Shown piece after piece: positions 9,415 through 19,557 of a stretch of 64,000 nucleotides of DNA. The stretch comes from an uncultured Gammaproteobacteria bacterium. Its GTDB lineage: Bacteria; Pseudomonadota; Gammaproteobacteria; DRLM01. The first letter of the stretch is position 1. Every line of letters starts with the position of its first letter. The stretch is taken from contig CAVSNY010000006.1 of NCBI GenBank assembly GCA_963729605.1, positions 441,529 to 505,528 of the forward strand. The letters are read 5' to 3'. The notes under the pieces were generated by a model. It was not told the origin of the DNA and made no database searches. It was given only the letters and a program-made list of their open reading frames with translations. Made by a program: the position numbers and the translations under genes.

Positions 9415-9436
9415 GAACAGTCCTGCGCTAAATGAA

Positions 9437-9865
9437 TTAAATATCCAGGGGCTGCGGTTGCTGCGCCTGATGATTATGCTCGGGGCCGGCGAAGACTTTG
9501 AGCTTGGTGAACATGGCCCGCCCGAGCGAATTTTTGGGCAACATGCCCTTCACCGCGATCTCGACGACCTGTTCCGGCGCGCGCTCCAGCATCTTTTGAA
9601 AGCTGAAGGAACGCATATTGCCTATGTGGCCGGTGTGATGATGGTACATCTTGTCGGTGAGTTTTTTACCGGTGACCTGCACCTTGCCGGCGTTGACCAC
9701 CACGATGTAATCGCCGGTGTCGACGTGCGGGGTGTACTCCGCCTTGTGCTTGCCGCGCAGGCGCCGCGCGATCTCGCTGGCCATGCGCCCCAAGGTCTTG
9801 CCGCTGGCGTCCACCACGTACCAGTCACGCTTGACGGTCTCTGATTTTGCGCTGAAGGTCTTCAT
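9437..9865 (-). CDS. rplM: 50S ribosomal protein L13
   Basis: MKTFSAK..WYVVDA..LGR.AS; [15 protein letters not shown]; KGMLPK. Confidence 0.99.
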   Translation of the reverse strand: MKTFSAKSETVKRDWYVVDASGKTLGRMASEIARRLRGKHKAEYTPHVDTGDYIVVVNAGKVQVTGKKLTDKMYHHHTGHIGNMRSFSFQKMLERAPEQVVEIAVKGMLPKNSLGRAMFTKLKVFAGPEHNHQAQQPQPLDI

Positions 9866-9943
9866 CCGAATGAATCCTGAAAAAAGCTGATTTTAAGAAA
9901 CGCGGGATTCTACAGCAGCACCCGCCCCGGCACAAGCCGCCCG

Positions 9944-10705
9944 TCAGCGAATCAAGCGCCGTCGCAGCAGCCAGGTCGCCGCGGTCAAGGCCGCCGCGGC
10001 ACAAGCCACCAGCACCGCCAGATGCAGCAGCGGCGCGACCAGGGGCAGCCCGGTCATCAGCGGCCGCACCACCGCCAACACGTGGGTGAGGGGAAACCAC
10101 TGCGCCAGCCCCTGCACCCAGGCCGGCATGACTTCCAGCGGGAAAAACACCCCGCTCAGCAAAAACATCGGGGTAATGATGAGGGTGGAATAATACATAA
10201 AGAAATCGAAGCCGGTGGCCACCGAGGTCACCACCAAGGCCATGGCGCCGAAGGCCAGCCCCGCCAGCAGCAGCACCGGCAAGGCCCACAAGGCATTCCA
10301 GTCGTGCACCGCCCCCAGCGCCGCCGCCACGACCAGGATGGGCGTGCTGTTGATCAGCGCCTTGGTACCGGTCCACATCATCTCGCCCACCACCACGTCC
10401 CGCACGCTCAACGGCGTGGCGAGAATGCCTTCCCAGGTCTGCTGCATCGACATGCGCACATAAGCGGAATAGAGGCCTTCCAAGGTCGCGGAGTTCATGG
10501 CGCTGCCGCAGACGATGCCCGACGCGAGGAACATCAGATACGGCATGCCCTGCACCTGATCGATGAAGGAGCCGAAGCCGTAGCCCAGCGCCAGCAAATA
10601 GAACAGGGGTTCGCCGAAATTACCCAGCAGGGACGGCAGGGCCAGCTTGCGCCATACCAGGAAATTCCGTCGCCACACCGGCACCCAGCCCAAGACCGCC
10701 ATCAT
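9944..10705 (-). CDS. nodJ: ABC-2 permease, NodJ-like
   Basis: Start adjusted to MMAVLGW; VWRRNFLVW, GNFGEPLFYL, FLLSGVFFP; about six hydrophobic segments. Confidence 0.85.
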   Translation of the reverse strand: MMAVLGWVPVWRRNFLVWRKLALPSLLGNFGEPLFYLLALGYGFGSFIDQVQGMPYLMFLASGIVCGSAMNSATLEGLYSAYVRMSMQQTWEGILATPLSVRDVVVGEMMWTGTKALINSTPILVVAAALGAVHDWNALWALPVLLLAGLAFGAMALVVTSVATGFDFFMYYSTLIITPMFLLSGVFFPLEVMPAWVQGLAQWFPLTHVLAVVRPLMTGLPLVAPLLHLAVLVACAAAALTAATWLLRRRLIR

Positions 10706-10712
10706 CCCGCCA

Positions 10713-11681
10713 TCAACTCGCCGTCCGCAGATCGCGGCCGGTGAGTTTAAGAAACACGTCTTCCAGATTGGCGCGGCGATGAGTGAAACGCAGCCCCTCC
10801 ACGGCAGCGAGGGCATCGAGCAGCGGCCGCTCGTCGCGCAGATAACACAGCACGCTCTCGCCGACTTCCTCGGTCCGCTCGGCCCGGCCGGCACCCTCCG
10901 CCGCCAACCATTCGGCGGCGCGGGGGCCGAACAGCTCCACCACCTGCGGCTCGATATGGGTGCGGATCAACTCCGCCGGGCTGCCGGTGGCGAGGATCAC
11001 GCCGTGGTCCATCACCACGATGCGGTCGCAAAGCCGTTCCGCCTCTTCCATATAATGGGTGGTGAGCAGCAAGGTCTTGCCGGCGGCCAGCAACTCGCGC
11101 AGCCGCCGCCACAACAACTGGCGCGCCTGCGGATCGAGGCCGGTGGTGGGTTCGTCGAGGATCAGCAGTTCGGGGTCGTTGATGAGGGCGCGGGCCAGGG
11201 TGAGCCGCCGCTTCATCCCGCCGGACAGGGCGCTGATCTTGGCGCCGGCCCGCTCGGTGAGCGCGGCGAATTCCAGCAAGACTGGCACCCGTTCGGCCAG
11301 CGCGGCGTGGCCCAGGCCGAAATAACTGCCGTAGGTTTGCAGATTTTCGGCGACGGTGAAATCCGGATCGAGATTATCGAACTGGGGCACCACGCCCAGC
11401 CGCCGCCGCATCTCGGCGGCCCGCGCCGGTACCGGCAGTCCCAGCACTTCCAGCGTGCCGCCGCTGGGGTGGGCGGTGCCCAGCAGTAAACGCATGGTGG
11501 TGGTCTTGCCCGCGCCATTGGGACCGAGCAGCCCCACGCATTCGCCGCGATAGACGCTGAAATCGATCCCCTTCACCACCGGGGTCTCGCCATACAGCTT
11601 GGTGAGCCCGACGGCGCGCACCACCGCCTCGGCGGACGGAGCAGCGGCCACGGGGGCAATGGTGGGGGCGACGCCGTTCAA
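10713..11681 (-). CDS. nodI: ABC transporter ATPase, NodI-like
   Basis: GPNGAGKT, VVPQFDNLDPDF, LSGGMKRR, LILDEPTTGLDP; start uncertain. Confidence 0.88.
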   Translation of the reverse strand: MNGVAPTIAPVAAAPSAEAVVRAVGLTKLYGETPVVKGIDFSVYRGECVGLLGPNGAGKTTTMRLLLGTAHPSGGTLEVLGLPVPARAAEMRRRLGVVPQFDNLDPDFTVAENLQTYGSYFGLGHAALAERVPVLLEFAALTERAGAKISALSGGMKRRLTLARALINDPELLILDEPTTGLDPQARQLLWRRLRELLAAGKTLLLTTHYMEEAERLCDRIVVMDHGVILATGSPAELIRTHIEPQVVELFGPRAAEWLAAEGAGRAERTEEVGESVLCYLRDERPLLDALAAVEGLRFTHRRANLEDVFLKLTGRDLRTAS

Positions 11682-11986
11682 ATCTTCAACCGCTCCACCA
11701 CCCGGCCGTGTCGCAAGTGTTCATCGATGATCTCGTCGATGTCTTCTTCGTCCACGTAGCTGTACCACACGCCCTCGGGATAGACGACCACCACCGGCCC
11801 CTGCTCGCAGCGGTCCAGGCAGCCGGCGGTATTGATGCGCACCTTATCTTTGCCGGCCAGACCCAATTCCTTCACCCGCTTTTTGGCATAGTCGCGCAAG
11901 GCGGTCGCGCCGCAGTCTTCGCAGCTCTGGCGTTCACCGTCGCGCTGATTGGTACAGAAAAAGACGTGATGGCGGTAATAGGACAT
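11678..11986 (-). CDS. Thioredoxin-like [2Fe-2S] ferredoxin
   Basis: Start MSYYRHHVFFCTN at 11986; C..C, GCLDRCEQGPVVVVYPEGVWY. Confidence 0.92.
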   Translation of the reverse strand: MSYYRHHVFFCTNQRDGERQSCEDCGATALRDYAKKRVKELGLAGKDKVRINTAGCLDRCEQGPVVVVYPEGVWYSYVDEEDIDEIIDEHLRHGRVVERLKI

Positions 11987-12040
11987 ATCGACGATTAAAT
12001 AGCTTGAAGTGGCAAGACAAGGCACAAGAGAATACCATGA

Positions 12041-13345
12041 TTGCATGCCGACCTTTACCGCCTTTTGAATCAGATTGTTCTTTACTTGCCCTCCGCCGCC
12101 CGCCACTCGTCCTTGCTCAAAACCACCGACCGCTGCGTGATGTGCGGCATGTGCCTGCCGCACTGCCCCACTTATCATCTGACCCGCGACGAGGCCGAAT
12201 CGCCGCGCGGCCGCATCGCGCTCATTCAAGGCGTGTTGAGCGGCCGGCTCGAGCAAACGGCGCGGCTCGAAACCCATCTCGATCACTGCCTCGGCTGCCG
12301 CGCCTGCGAAGCGGTCTGCCCTTCCGGCGTGCCCTACGGCGAGATCATCGACGGCGCGCGGGCCGCGCTCTCGGAACAAGCCCCGCCCGCGCCGCGCTGG
12401 CGGCGCCTGGCTTGGGGCTGGGTCACCGGCGTGATCTCGGACCGGCGCCGCCTCTACCGCGCCGCGCGTGCGTTACGGTTCTATCAACGCAGCGGTCTGC
12501 GGCGACTCGCGCGCCTCACCGGCCTCACGCGCCGCGGCAGCCTCGGGCGTTTGGACGCGCTGCTGCCGCCGTTGCCCACGCCGCGCGCCTGGCCCGCCCA
12601 GCTCCCGGCCCAGACCGAGCCGCGCGGCGAAGTCGGCTTGTTTCTCGGCTGCGTCTCCGATGTGGCGGACCGCGCGACCCTCGATGCCGCCGCGCGACTC
12701 CTGACCCGCCTCGGCTACCGCGTGCACCTGCCGGAGGGGCAAACCTGTTGCGGCGCGCTGCACCTGCATCAGGGCGATCCCGCCACCGCGCAGGCGCTCG
12801 CGCAACGCAATCGCGCGGCCTTCAAGGCGCATGCGCTGGAGACCATCATCTCCGTCGCCAGCGGCTGCGGCGCCACCCTCGCCGAATACCCCGGCCAGAA
12901 CGGCGCGGCGCTGGGCGCGCCGGTGCGCGACATCAGCGCGTTTTTGCACGGCGTCAGCTGGCCGGAAGACATCCGCTTCGCGCCGTTGCGCAAAAAGGTC
13001 GCGGTGCAGGACCCTTGTTCGCTGACCCACGTGCTGCGGCAAAACCAGGCGCCTTATTCCCTGCTGGCGCGCATCCCGGAGATCGAACTCATCGCCCTGC
13101 CCGACAACCGCCGCTGCTGCGGCGCGGCGGGCAGTTACATGCTCACCCAGCCCGCGATGGCGGAAAAACTCCGCGACGAAAAAATCGCCGCGTTAAAGGC
13201 CAGCGGCGCCGAGATCCTGCTCACCTCCAACATCGGCTGCGCGCTGCATCTGAGGGCCGGCCTACGCGCGGCGGGGATGGAGATCGAAGTCATGCACCCG
13301 ATTGCGTTGCTGGCGCGGCAGTTGCGAACAGCCGGTACTGTGTAA
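12041..13345 (+). CDS. glcF: GlcF-like Fe-S oxidoreductase (2x[4Fe-4S] plus CCG domains)
   Basis: [24 protein letters not shown], two CCGA motifs, TSNIGC; start uncertain. Confidence 0.8.
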   Translation: MHADLYRLLNQIVLYLPSAARHSSLLKTTDRCVMCGMCLPHCPTYHLTRDEAESPRGRIALIQGVLSGRLEQTARLETHLDHCLGCRACEAVCPSGVPYGEIIDGARAALSEQAPPAPRWRRLAWGWVTGVISDRRRLYRAARALRFYQRSGLRRLARLTGLTRRGSLGRLDALLPPLPTPRAWPAQLPAQTEPRGEVGLFLGCVSDVADRATLDAAARLLTRLGYRVHLPEGQTCCGALHLHQGDPATAQALAQRNRAAFKAHALETIISVASGCGATLAEYPGQNGAALGAPVRDISAFLHGVSWPEDIRFAPLRKKVAVQDPCSLTHVLRQNQAPYSLLARIPEIELIALPDNRRCCGAAGSYMLTQPAMAEKLRDEKIAALKASGAEILLTSNIGCALHLRAGLRAAGMEIEVMHPIALLARQLRTAGTV

Positions 13346-13406
13346 AGTCGATTTTCCGTCCTTTAATACTTGCAACTTACCGCCTACAACTTGTAACTTT
13401 GCTCGC

Positions 13407-14051
13407 ATGAATACACGCCGCTACAGCCCGCTCGATCAATGCCTCATTCACCTCGACAACGCGGTGCGCACCGTGTGGGGCGCGCCCGCCGTCACCGAGC
13501 GCGCCGACCCCGCCGATGTCATACCCGAAGGCGATTTGAGCGACGCCGAAAAACGGCTGTCCGCCGGCCTGATGCGGGTCAATCACGCCGGCGAGGTGTC
13601 GGCCCAAGCCCTTTATCAAGGCCAGAGCCTCACCGCCAAACTGCCCACGGTGCGCGAGAAGATGGAACGGGCGGCGCGCGAAGAAAACGATCATCTCGCC
13701 TGGTGCGAACAACGTTTGCAGGCGCTGGACAGCCGCGTCAGCCTGCTCAGCCCGCTGTGGTATGGCGGCTCATTCGCCATCGGCGCCCTCGCCGGTCTCG
13801 CGGGTGACAAATGGAGTCTGGGTTTCGTGGTGGAAACCGAGCGGCAGGTGGTGAAGCACTTGGAGGAACACCTGCAACGGCTACCCACGGCGGACCACAA
13901 AAGCCGCGCCGTGCTGGAACAGATGAAGGAAGACGAACTCCACCACGCCACCACCGCCCTGCAAGCGGGCGGCGCGGAATTGCCGGCGCCGGTGAAGAAG
14001 CTGATGGCCGCGACGTCGAAAGTCATGACCACCACGGCGCGGTTTATTTAG
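13407..14051 (+). CDS. coq7: Demethoxyubiquinone hydroxylase (Coq7)
   Basis: Start MNTRRY at 13407; [19 protein letters not shown]; [10 protein letters not shown]; DELHH di-iron motifs. Confidence 0.95.
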   Translation: MNTRRYSPLDQCLIHLDNAVRTVWGAPAVTERADPADVIPEGDLSDAEKRLSAGLMRVNHAGEVSAQALYQGQSLTAKLPTVREKMERAAREENDHLAWCEQRLQALDSRVSLLSPLWYGGSFAIGALAGLAGDKWSLGFVVETERQVVKHLEEHLQRLPTADHKSRAVLEQMKEDELHHATTALQAGGAELPAPVKKLMAATSKVMTTTARFI

Positions 14052-14097
14052 CGTAGCGCTTCGCTAATCTAAGGAAACGCAATGCGGCGCGTGCTCC

Positions 14098-14701
14098 TCC
14101 CCGCCTTTTCAAGGCGGGGTGGCCCGCAGGGCCGGGGTGGTTGGAGTCGAAGCCGATACTTTGTCCGCCAACCACCCCGTCGCCTGCGGCGCCACCCCTC
14201 CTCGTTTGAGGAGGGGATAAGATTCATAAAGAACGACGCATTAACACTCAGGCGCGCCCTGGCGGATTGATCCACGCCCTGACTCTTTCCGCCACCGCAA
14301 CGAAACCCTATGGCGCACATCCTCTTCCCCGCCTTTTCAAGGCGGGGTGGCCCGTCAGGGCCGGGGTGGTTGGAGTCGAAGCCGATACTTTGTCCGCCAA
14401 CCACCCCGTCGCCTGCGGCGCCACCCCTCCTCGTTTGAGGAGGGGATAAGATTCATAAAGAACGACGCATTAACACTCAGGCGCGCCCTGGCGGATTGAT
14501 CCACGCCCTGACTCTTTCCGCCACCGCAACGAAACCCTATGGCGCACATCCTCTTCCCCGCCTTTTCAAGGCGGGGTGGTTGGAGTCGAAGCCGATACTT
14601 TGTCCGCCAACCACCCCGTCGCCTGCGGCGCCACCCCTCCTCGTTTGAGGAGGGGATAAGATTCATAAAGAACGACGCATTAACACTCAGGCGCGCCCTG
14701 G
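14098..14701. repeat. Tandem array of ~2.7 near-identical 228-229-bp palindrome-rich (REP/BIME-like) units
   Basis: Units start at 14098, 14326 and 14555; each has CCCCGCCTT-TTC-AAGGCGGGG, GGGGTGGTTGG..CCAACCACCCC and CCCCTCCTC-GTTT-GAGGAGGGG; lies between convergent coq7 and speD. Confidence 0.95.
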
Positions 14702-14750
14702 GGGACTGGCCCGCGCCTTTGCGAACAAGCAGACCCCGGCCGAGGGTGAC

Positions 14751-15554
14751 TTACTTCAGATTCTCGCCGTAGAAAATCTCGGCCATCTCGCGTTGCAGAC
14801 GCTGGCGGATCAGCTTTTCCTCGCGCGGCGACAGGTCTTCCGCCCCCATGCCGAACAGATAATTGTCGAGGTCGAAATCCTTGAGGGCCATCTTGGTGTG
14901 GAAGATGTTCTCCTGATAGACGTTGACGTCGATCATCTGATAACGGTGCTGGGTGTCCTTGGAAATAAAATCCTGGATCGAGCTGATGCGGTGGTCGATG
15001 AAGTGCTTTTTGCCCTTCACGTCGCGGGTGAAGCCGCGCACCCGGTAATCCATGATCACGATGTCGGACTCGAAGCTGTGAATCAAATAGTTCAAGGCCT
15101 TCAGCGGCGAGATGCGGCCGCAGGTCGATACGTCGATGTCGGCGCGGAAGGTACTGATGCCGTTCTCCGGGTGACTCTCCGGATAGGTGTGCACCGTGAC
15201 GTGGCTCTTGTCCAAATGGCCCACCACCGCATCGGGCAAAGGACCGGGGCCGTCCAAATTACGCGACAGGGTCTCGGAGGTCATCGGCTCTTCGGAGATG
15301 AGCATGGTCACGCTGGCGCCCTGCGGATCGTAATCCTGGCGCGCCACGTTCAAAATGGTGGCGCCGATGATATTCGATACATCGGTGAGGATCTGCGTCA
15401 ACCGCTCGGCGTTATACACCTCGTCGATGTACTCGATGTAATCGCGGCGCTGGCGCGCAGTCTTCGCATAACAGATATCGTAAATGTTGAAGCTGAGCGT
15501 CTTGGTGAGGTTGTTAAACCCTTGCAGCTTCAACTTAGTCAGTGGTTTCACCAA
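14751..15554 (-). CDS. speD: S-adenosylmethionine decarboxylase proenzyme (E. coli type)
   Basis: [20 protein letters not shown]; [17 protein letters not shown] self-cleavage region; start approximately 15554/15551. Confidence 0.95.
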   Translation of the reverse strand: MVKPLTKLKLQGFNNLTKTLSFNIYDICYAKTARQRRDYIEYIDEVYNAERLTQILTDVSNIIGATILNVARQDYDPQGASVTMLISEEPMTSETLSRNLDGPGPLPDAVVGHLDKSHVTVHTYPESHPENGISTFRADIDVSTCGRISPLKALNYLIHSFESDIVIMDYRVRGFTRDVKGKKHFIDHRISSIQDFISKDTQHRYQMIDVNVYQENIFHTKMALKDFDLDNYLFGMGAEDLSPREEKLIRQRLQREMAEIFYGENLK

Positions 15555-15658
15555 CGGCGTTTCCCCATCTCTACTGTGACCCGATCCACCGTCCATCATA
15601 ACGGCTCCTATTACCCTCCCCGCCGCGGACGGCGCACCGCCCCGGGGGAGGGCGCACA

Positions 15659-16069
15659 TTATCGCCCATTTTGCGCGAGAGGGGGATGATAAATCATCTG
15701 CACGGTGACCCCGGCCGGGTCCAGGCAGTAAAAACTGCGCGCGCCGTCGCGATGGGTGCGCGGCGCGGTCTTCATGCTGACGCCCCGTTCGAGCAGGAAG
15801 GCATGCCAGTCGTCCACGTCGGCGGGCGTCGCCAGGATGAAACCGATGTGATCCAGACGCTGCGGCCCGCTCGCCGTCACCCCGGCGGGCCAACGGTGCA
15901 GCGCCAGATTATCCACCCCCGAGGTCAGATAGACGTTGTCCGCATCGGGCCGCCATTCCACGGCCATGCCCAGCAACGCCACGTAAAAATGTTCGCAGGC
16001 TTCCAAATCCTCCACGAACAGCGCCATGTGGCGCAAACCGGTGGTGGGGGCGGGACGTCGAGTTGACAT
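15659..16069 (-). CDS. VOC/glyoxalase family protein
   Basis: [14 protein letters not shown]; LDHIGF; [10 protein letters not shown]. Confidence 0.85.
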   Translation of the reverse strand: MSTRRPAPTTGLRHMALFVEDLEACEHFYVALLGMAVEWRPDADNVYLTSGVDNLALHRWPAGVTASGPQRLDHIGFILATPADVDDWHAFLLERGVSMKTAPRTHRDGARSFYCLDPAGVTVQMIYHPPLAQNGR

Positions 16070-16123
16070 GGGCTCTCCGGAAAAACGCAGGGGCGGCGAT
16101 TATAAGGGAAATGCGCGCGGGCG

Positions 16124-16561
16124 CTAGCCGGCGCCCGACCCGGCCGCCGCGACGATCTCGAAGTCGTGGGTGATCTCCACCCCGGCCCGGCCCAGCATGA
16201 TGGAGGCCGAGCAATATTTCTCCGCCGAGAGGTCCACCGCCCGCTTCACGGCCGCCTCGGCCAAGCCCTGGCCGGTCACCACGAAATGCACGTGAATCTT
16301 GGTGAACACCTTCGGCTCGCTCTCGGCGCGCTCGGCGGAGAGTTCCGCCACGCAACGCGTCACCGGCTGGCGGCCCTTTTTAAGGATGTGCACCACGTCG
16401 TAGGCGGTGCAGGCCCCCACCCCCATCAAGACCAGCTCCATGGGCCGGACCCCGAGATTACGGCCGCCACCCTCAACCGGACCGTCGATCACGATCGCGT
16501 GGCCGCTGCCCGACTCCGCGACGAACTGGGCCTCTTCCACCCATTGGATACGCGCCTTCAT
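16124..16561 (-). CDS. OsmC family protein (YhfA-like)
   Basis: GVRPMELVLMGVGACT; LSAEKYCSAS; divergent from crp as commonly seen. Confidence 0.92.
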   Translation of the reverse strand: MKARIQWVEEAQFVAESGSGHAIVIDGPVEGGGRNLGVRPMELVLMGVGACTAYDVVHILKKGRQPVTRCVAELSAERAESEPKVFTKIHVHFVVTGQGLAEAAVKRAVDLSAEKYCSASIMLGRAGVEITHDFEIVAAAGSGAG

Positions 16562-16790
16562 GTTTCATCCTCGTATTTACTCAGTCTTCAACCACGCTTA
16601 ACCTTGCGGGATAGCCGAACCCCGTTTGACCCCCCGTCCTATCGCACGCTCTATATAGGGGTGGGGACATAAGGGATGCGTCGTCTCGATCACTCACATG
16701 CGAACAACCGCTAAAACTCTCAAGCCTAAGCGCCGATATGATACCTGAGCCGGCCCGGCGACGTCGTGGCCGCAGACCGAGGGAACCGAC

Positions 16791-17432
16791 ATGGCCTTAA
16801 CCGCAAAGCCAAAACCGACGGACAATCCGGTGATACAGCGATTTTTGACGCACTGTCACCGGCGCCGCTATCCGAACAAGAGCGTGATCATCTACGCCGG
16901 CGATCCGCCGGACGCGCTGTATTACATCACCAACGGCTCGGTGGCCGTGGTCAACGAAGACGACGAGGGCCGCGAAATCGTCCTCGCTTATCTCAACGCC
17001 GGTGACTTCTTCGGCGAGATGGGCCTGTTCGAAACCGAAAAACACCGCAGCGCCTGGGTACGCGCGCGCGCCCAATGCGAGGTGGCCGAGATGAGCTACA
17101 ACCGTTTTCGGCAATTGACTCAGGAAGACCCGGACATCCTGTTCGCCCTCGCCTCGCAAATGGCGCTGCGCCTGCGCCGCACCAGCAATATGCTGAGCCG
17201 CCTGGCCTTCATGGACGTGGCGGGCCGCGTCGCGCGCACCTTGCTCGATTTGTCTAAAGAGCCGGACGCCATGACCCACCCCGACGGCATGCAGATCCGC
17301 GTCACCCGCCAGGAACTGGGCCGCATCGTCGGCTGTTCGCGGGAAATGGTCGGCCGCGTGCTGAAGAGCCTGGAACAGCAAAACCTCATCGCCGCCAAAG
17401 GCAAGACCATCGTCGTGCACGGCACCCGTTAA
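16791..17432 (+). CDS. crp: cAMP receptor protein (Crp/Vfr)
   Basis: [45 protein letters not shown]. Confidence 0.97.
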   Translation: MALTAKPKPTDNPVIQRFLTHCHRRRYPNKSVIIYAGDPPDALYYITNGSVAVVNEDDEGREIVLAYLNAGDFFGEMGLFETEKHRSAWVRARAQCEVAEMSYNRFRQLTQEDPDILFALASQMALRLRRTSNMLSRLAFMDVAGRVARTLLDLSKEPDAMTHPDGMQIRVTRQELGRIVGCSREMVGRVLKSLEQQNLIAAKGKTIVVHGTR

Positions 17433-17475
17433 GGACGGCGGCGCGCGGTCCACAAAGCACTATCCGATACTTTAT

Positions 17476-17976
17476 TTACAACAGCGCGGGCCGGTCCGGC
17501 AGCTCGTTGGGATTTTCACCTTGAAACGGATAATGCCGCTCGCAATGCGCGGCGATGCCCGCCACCGCCTCCAGCACGCCGCGCTCGAACTCGCCCGCGC
17601 GGAAATGCGCCTCCATGACCCGGCACAAGCGCTCCCATTCCGCCTCGCCCACCCGGAGGTTGATGCCGCGGTCGGCGACGATCTCCACGTCGCGATCCGC
17701 CAGCAACAGATAAACGAGCACGCCGTTATTGTGCTCGGTGTCCCACACCCGCAATAACGAAAAGACCTCCAAGGCCCGTTCGCGCGCGGTTTGGCCGCGC
17801 CACAGCGCGCCCAACGACAAGGCCCCTTCCACCACGAAACGGATCTCGCCGAGGTGGCGGGCCTCGCCGGCGCGGATCGCCGCTTCGATGGCGGACAGCA
17901 CCGGCGGCGGAAAGGCGGTTCGCAACCGCCACGGCGGCGCCGCCAAGTGCCGGCATAGGCGTGACAGGCTTACCAT
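17476..17976 (-). CDS. TPM-domain protein
   Basis: VWDTEHNNGVLVYLLLADRDVEIVADRG; NELPDRP. Confidence 0.88.
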   Translation of the reverse strand: MVSLSRLCRHLAAPPWRLRTAFPPPVLSAIEAAIRAGEARHLGEIRFVVEGALSLGALWRGQTARERALEVFSLLRVWDTEHNNGVLVYLLLADRDVEIVADRGINLRVGEAEWERLCRVMEAHFRAGEFERGVLEAVAGIAAHCERHYPFQGENPNELPDRPALL

Positions 17977-18830
17977 CGTCCCGACGCCCCGCCGCCGCCG
18001 AAACCACCGCCGCCGCGCATCCCACCGAAACCGCCGCCGCCCCAGCCGCCCCGCCCCGGCAGACCGCCGCCGCCACCCAACAAAAAGAAAAAGGCCAAGG
18101 CGCCGAGCACGACGCTCAACAAGAACGAACTGAATAAAAACCAGGCGAGCACGGCGGCGCCCACCCCGGCCAGTCCCGCGCCCGCCAAACGGCCGAACAG
18201 CGCGCGCAGCATAAAACCGCCGATCAGCGTCGCGACGAACAAGGTCGGCAGCCCCGCCTCCAAATCGCCCGTCGCCACCGCCGGGCGGGACGGGGCGGGC
18301 AAGGGCTCACCCTCGATCAACCGCATGAGCTGCCGCACCCCGGCCATGATCCCGCCGGCGTAATCGTCGCTTTTGAAATAGGGCACGATGATCTCGGCGA
18401 TCACCCGTTTGGCCACCGCGTCGGGTATCGCGCCTTCCAAGCCGTAACCCACTTCGATGCGCAGCGCGCGGTCTTGCAGCGCCACCAGCAGCAACACGCC
18501 GTCATCGATATTTTTTCGGCCGAGCTTCCACTGCTCCACGACGCGGATCGAATATTGTTCGATGGTCTCGGGCGCGGTGGTGGGCACAGTCAACACGGCG
18601 ATTTGCGCGCCGTGCCGTGCCTCGAACTCGGTGAGGGTCTGCTCCAAGGCGGCGCGTTGCCCCGGCTCGAGCGCGCCGGCGAGATCGGTGACATGCCCGC
18701 GCAGCGGCGGCACCGCCACGTCCGCCGCCGCCCACGGCGCGAACCCGGCAAGCACCGCCAGCAGCGTCCAGCAGCGGAACCAGGCGCGAGCGGCGATCAC
18801 CTTATTGCGCGGGGGCGGGTTGCGGTGCAT
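17970..18830 (-). CDS. TPM-domain (YgcG-like) membrane protein
   Basis: WKLGRKNIDDGVLLLVA..DR..RIEVGYGLEG; Gly-rich tail GGGGASGRW. Confidence 0.9.
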   Translation of the reverse strand: MHRNPPPRNKVIAARAWFRCWTLLAVLAGFAPWAAADVAVPPLRGHVTDLAGALEPGQRAALEQTLTEFEARHGAQIAVLTVPTTAPETIEQYSIRVVEQWKLGRKNIDDGVLLLVALQDRALRIEVGYGLEGAIPDAVAKRVIAEIIVPYFKSDDYAGGIMAGVRQLMRLIEGEPLPAPSRPAVATGDLEAGLPTLFVATLIGGFMLRALFGRLAGAGLAGVGAAVLAWFLFSSFLLSVVLGALAFFFLLGGGGGLPGRGGWGGGGFGGMRGGGGFGGGGASGRW

Positions 18831-19425
18831 CGGGCGGCGTGCCGAAATCCACCCGCGGCGCGTTGGAGATCGCCTGTTCGTTCTCGACGCTGAAATTGGG
18901 CTTGGTTTGATAACCGAACACCATGGCGGTGAGATTGGACGGGAAGGACCGCACCGTCACGTTGTAGTCCTGCACCGCCTTGATGTAACGATTGCGCGCG
19001 ACGGTGATGCGGTTTTCCGTGCCCTCCAACTGCGCCTGCAGATCACGGAACACCCCGTCGGCCTTGAGCTGCGGATAGTTCTCCGCCACCGCCAGCAAGC
19101 GGGACAAGGATGAAGTCAGCTGGCCCTGCGCCGCTTGGAAGCGGGCGAAGGCCTGTTCATCGTTGAGCAATTCGGGGGTGACTTGAATGCTGCCCACCCT
19201 GGCGCGCGCCTCGGCCACTTGAGTGAGTATGGCCTGCTCATGGGCCGCGTAGCCCTTCACCACGTTCACCAGATTGGGCACCAGATCGGCGCGGCGCTGA
19301 TATTGATTGACGACCTCGGACCAGGCCGCCTTGATTTGCTCGTCGGTCACTTGCAGGGTGTTGTAACCGCAACCGCCGAGCGACAGCAGCATCACCCCCA
19401 TCAGGAATCCCGTCACCGTACGCAT
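18802..19425 (-). CDS. lemA: LemA family lipoprotein
   Basis: LGGC lipobox; YQRRADLVPNLV; ENYPQLKA; LEGTENRITVAR. Confidence 0.95.
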   Translation of the reverse strand: MRTVTGFLMGVMLLSLGGCGYNTLQVTDEQIKAAWSEVVNQYQRRADLVPNLVNVVKGYAAHEQAILTQVAEARARVGSIQVTPELLNDEQAFARFQAAQGQLTSSLSRLLAVAENYPQLKADGVFRDLQAQLEGTENRITVARNRYIKAVQDYNVTVRSFPSNLTAMVFGYQTKPNFSVENEQAISNAPRVDFGTPPDAPQPAPAQ

Positions 19426-19512
19426 CGCGTCTCTCCTTTGACCAAACTCAAACCGAGGCGGTCATTGTAACAAAAGCGGGTAGCGGAGATTTTTACGGGG
19501 CTAAAAACACAA

Positions 19513-19530
19513 CGGCCCCGTGAGGGGCCG
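19513..19530 (-). terminator. Terminator after the TraF-like gene
   Basis: CGGCCCC-GTGA-GGGGCCG followed on - strand by TTGTGTTTT. Confidence 0.6.
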
Positions 19531-19557
19531 CTGTTATCTCATGACCGACGAGAGCGA

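Noticed and set aside
8875-9435. 186-aa ORF and other long antisense ORFs (e.g. 7653-8756, 19627-20799, 58599-60107)
   Set aside because: Shadow frames opposite tRNA-Gln/rpsI and other well-supported genes in high-GC DNA
9944-11681. Nodulation capacity from nodIJ
   Set aside because: NodIJ-like ABC-2 exporters are widespread in non-rhizobia, and nodABC is absent from the window
14098-14701. CRISPR array
   Set aside because: Period is ~228 bp, the intervening sequence is identical between copies, and no cas genes are present; the short ORFs over it are repeat artefacts
16680-16700. CRP autoregulatory site upstream of crp
   Set aside because: Only one TGTGA half-site; the second half does not match
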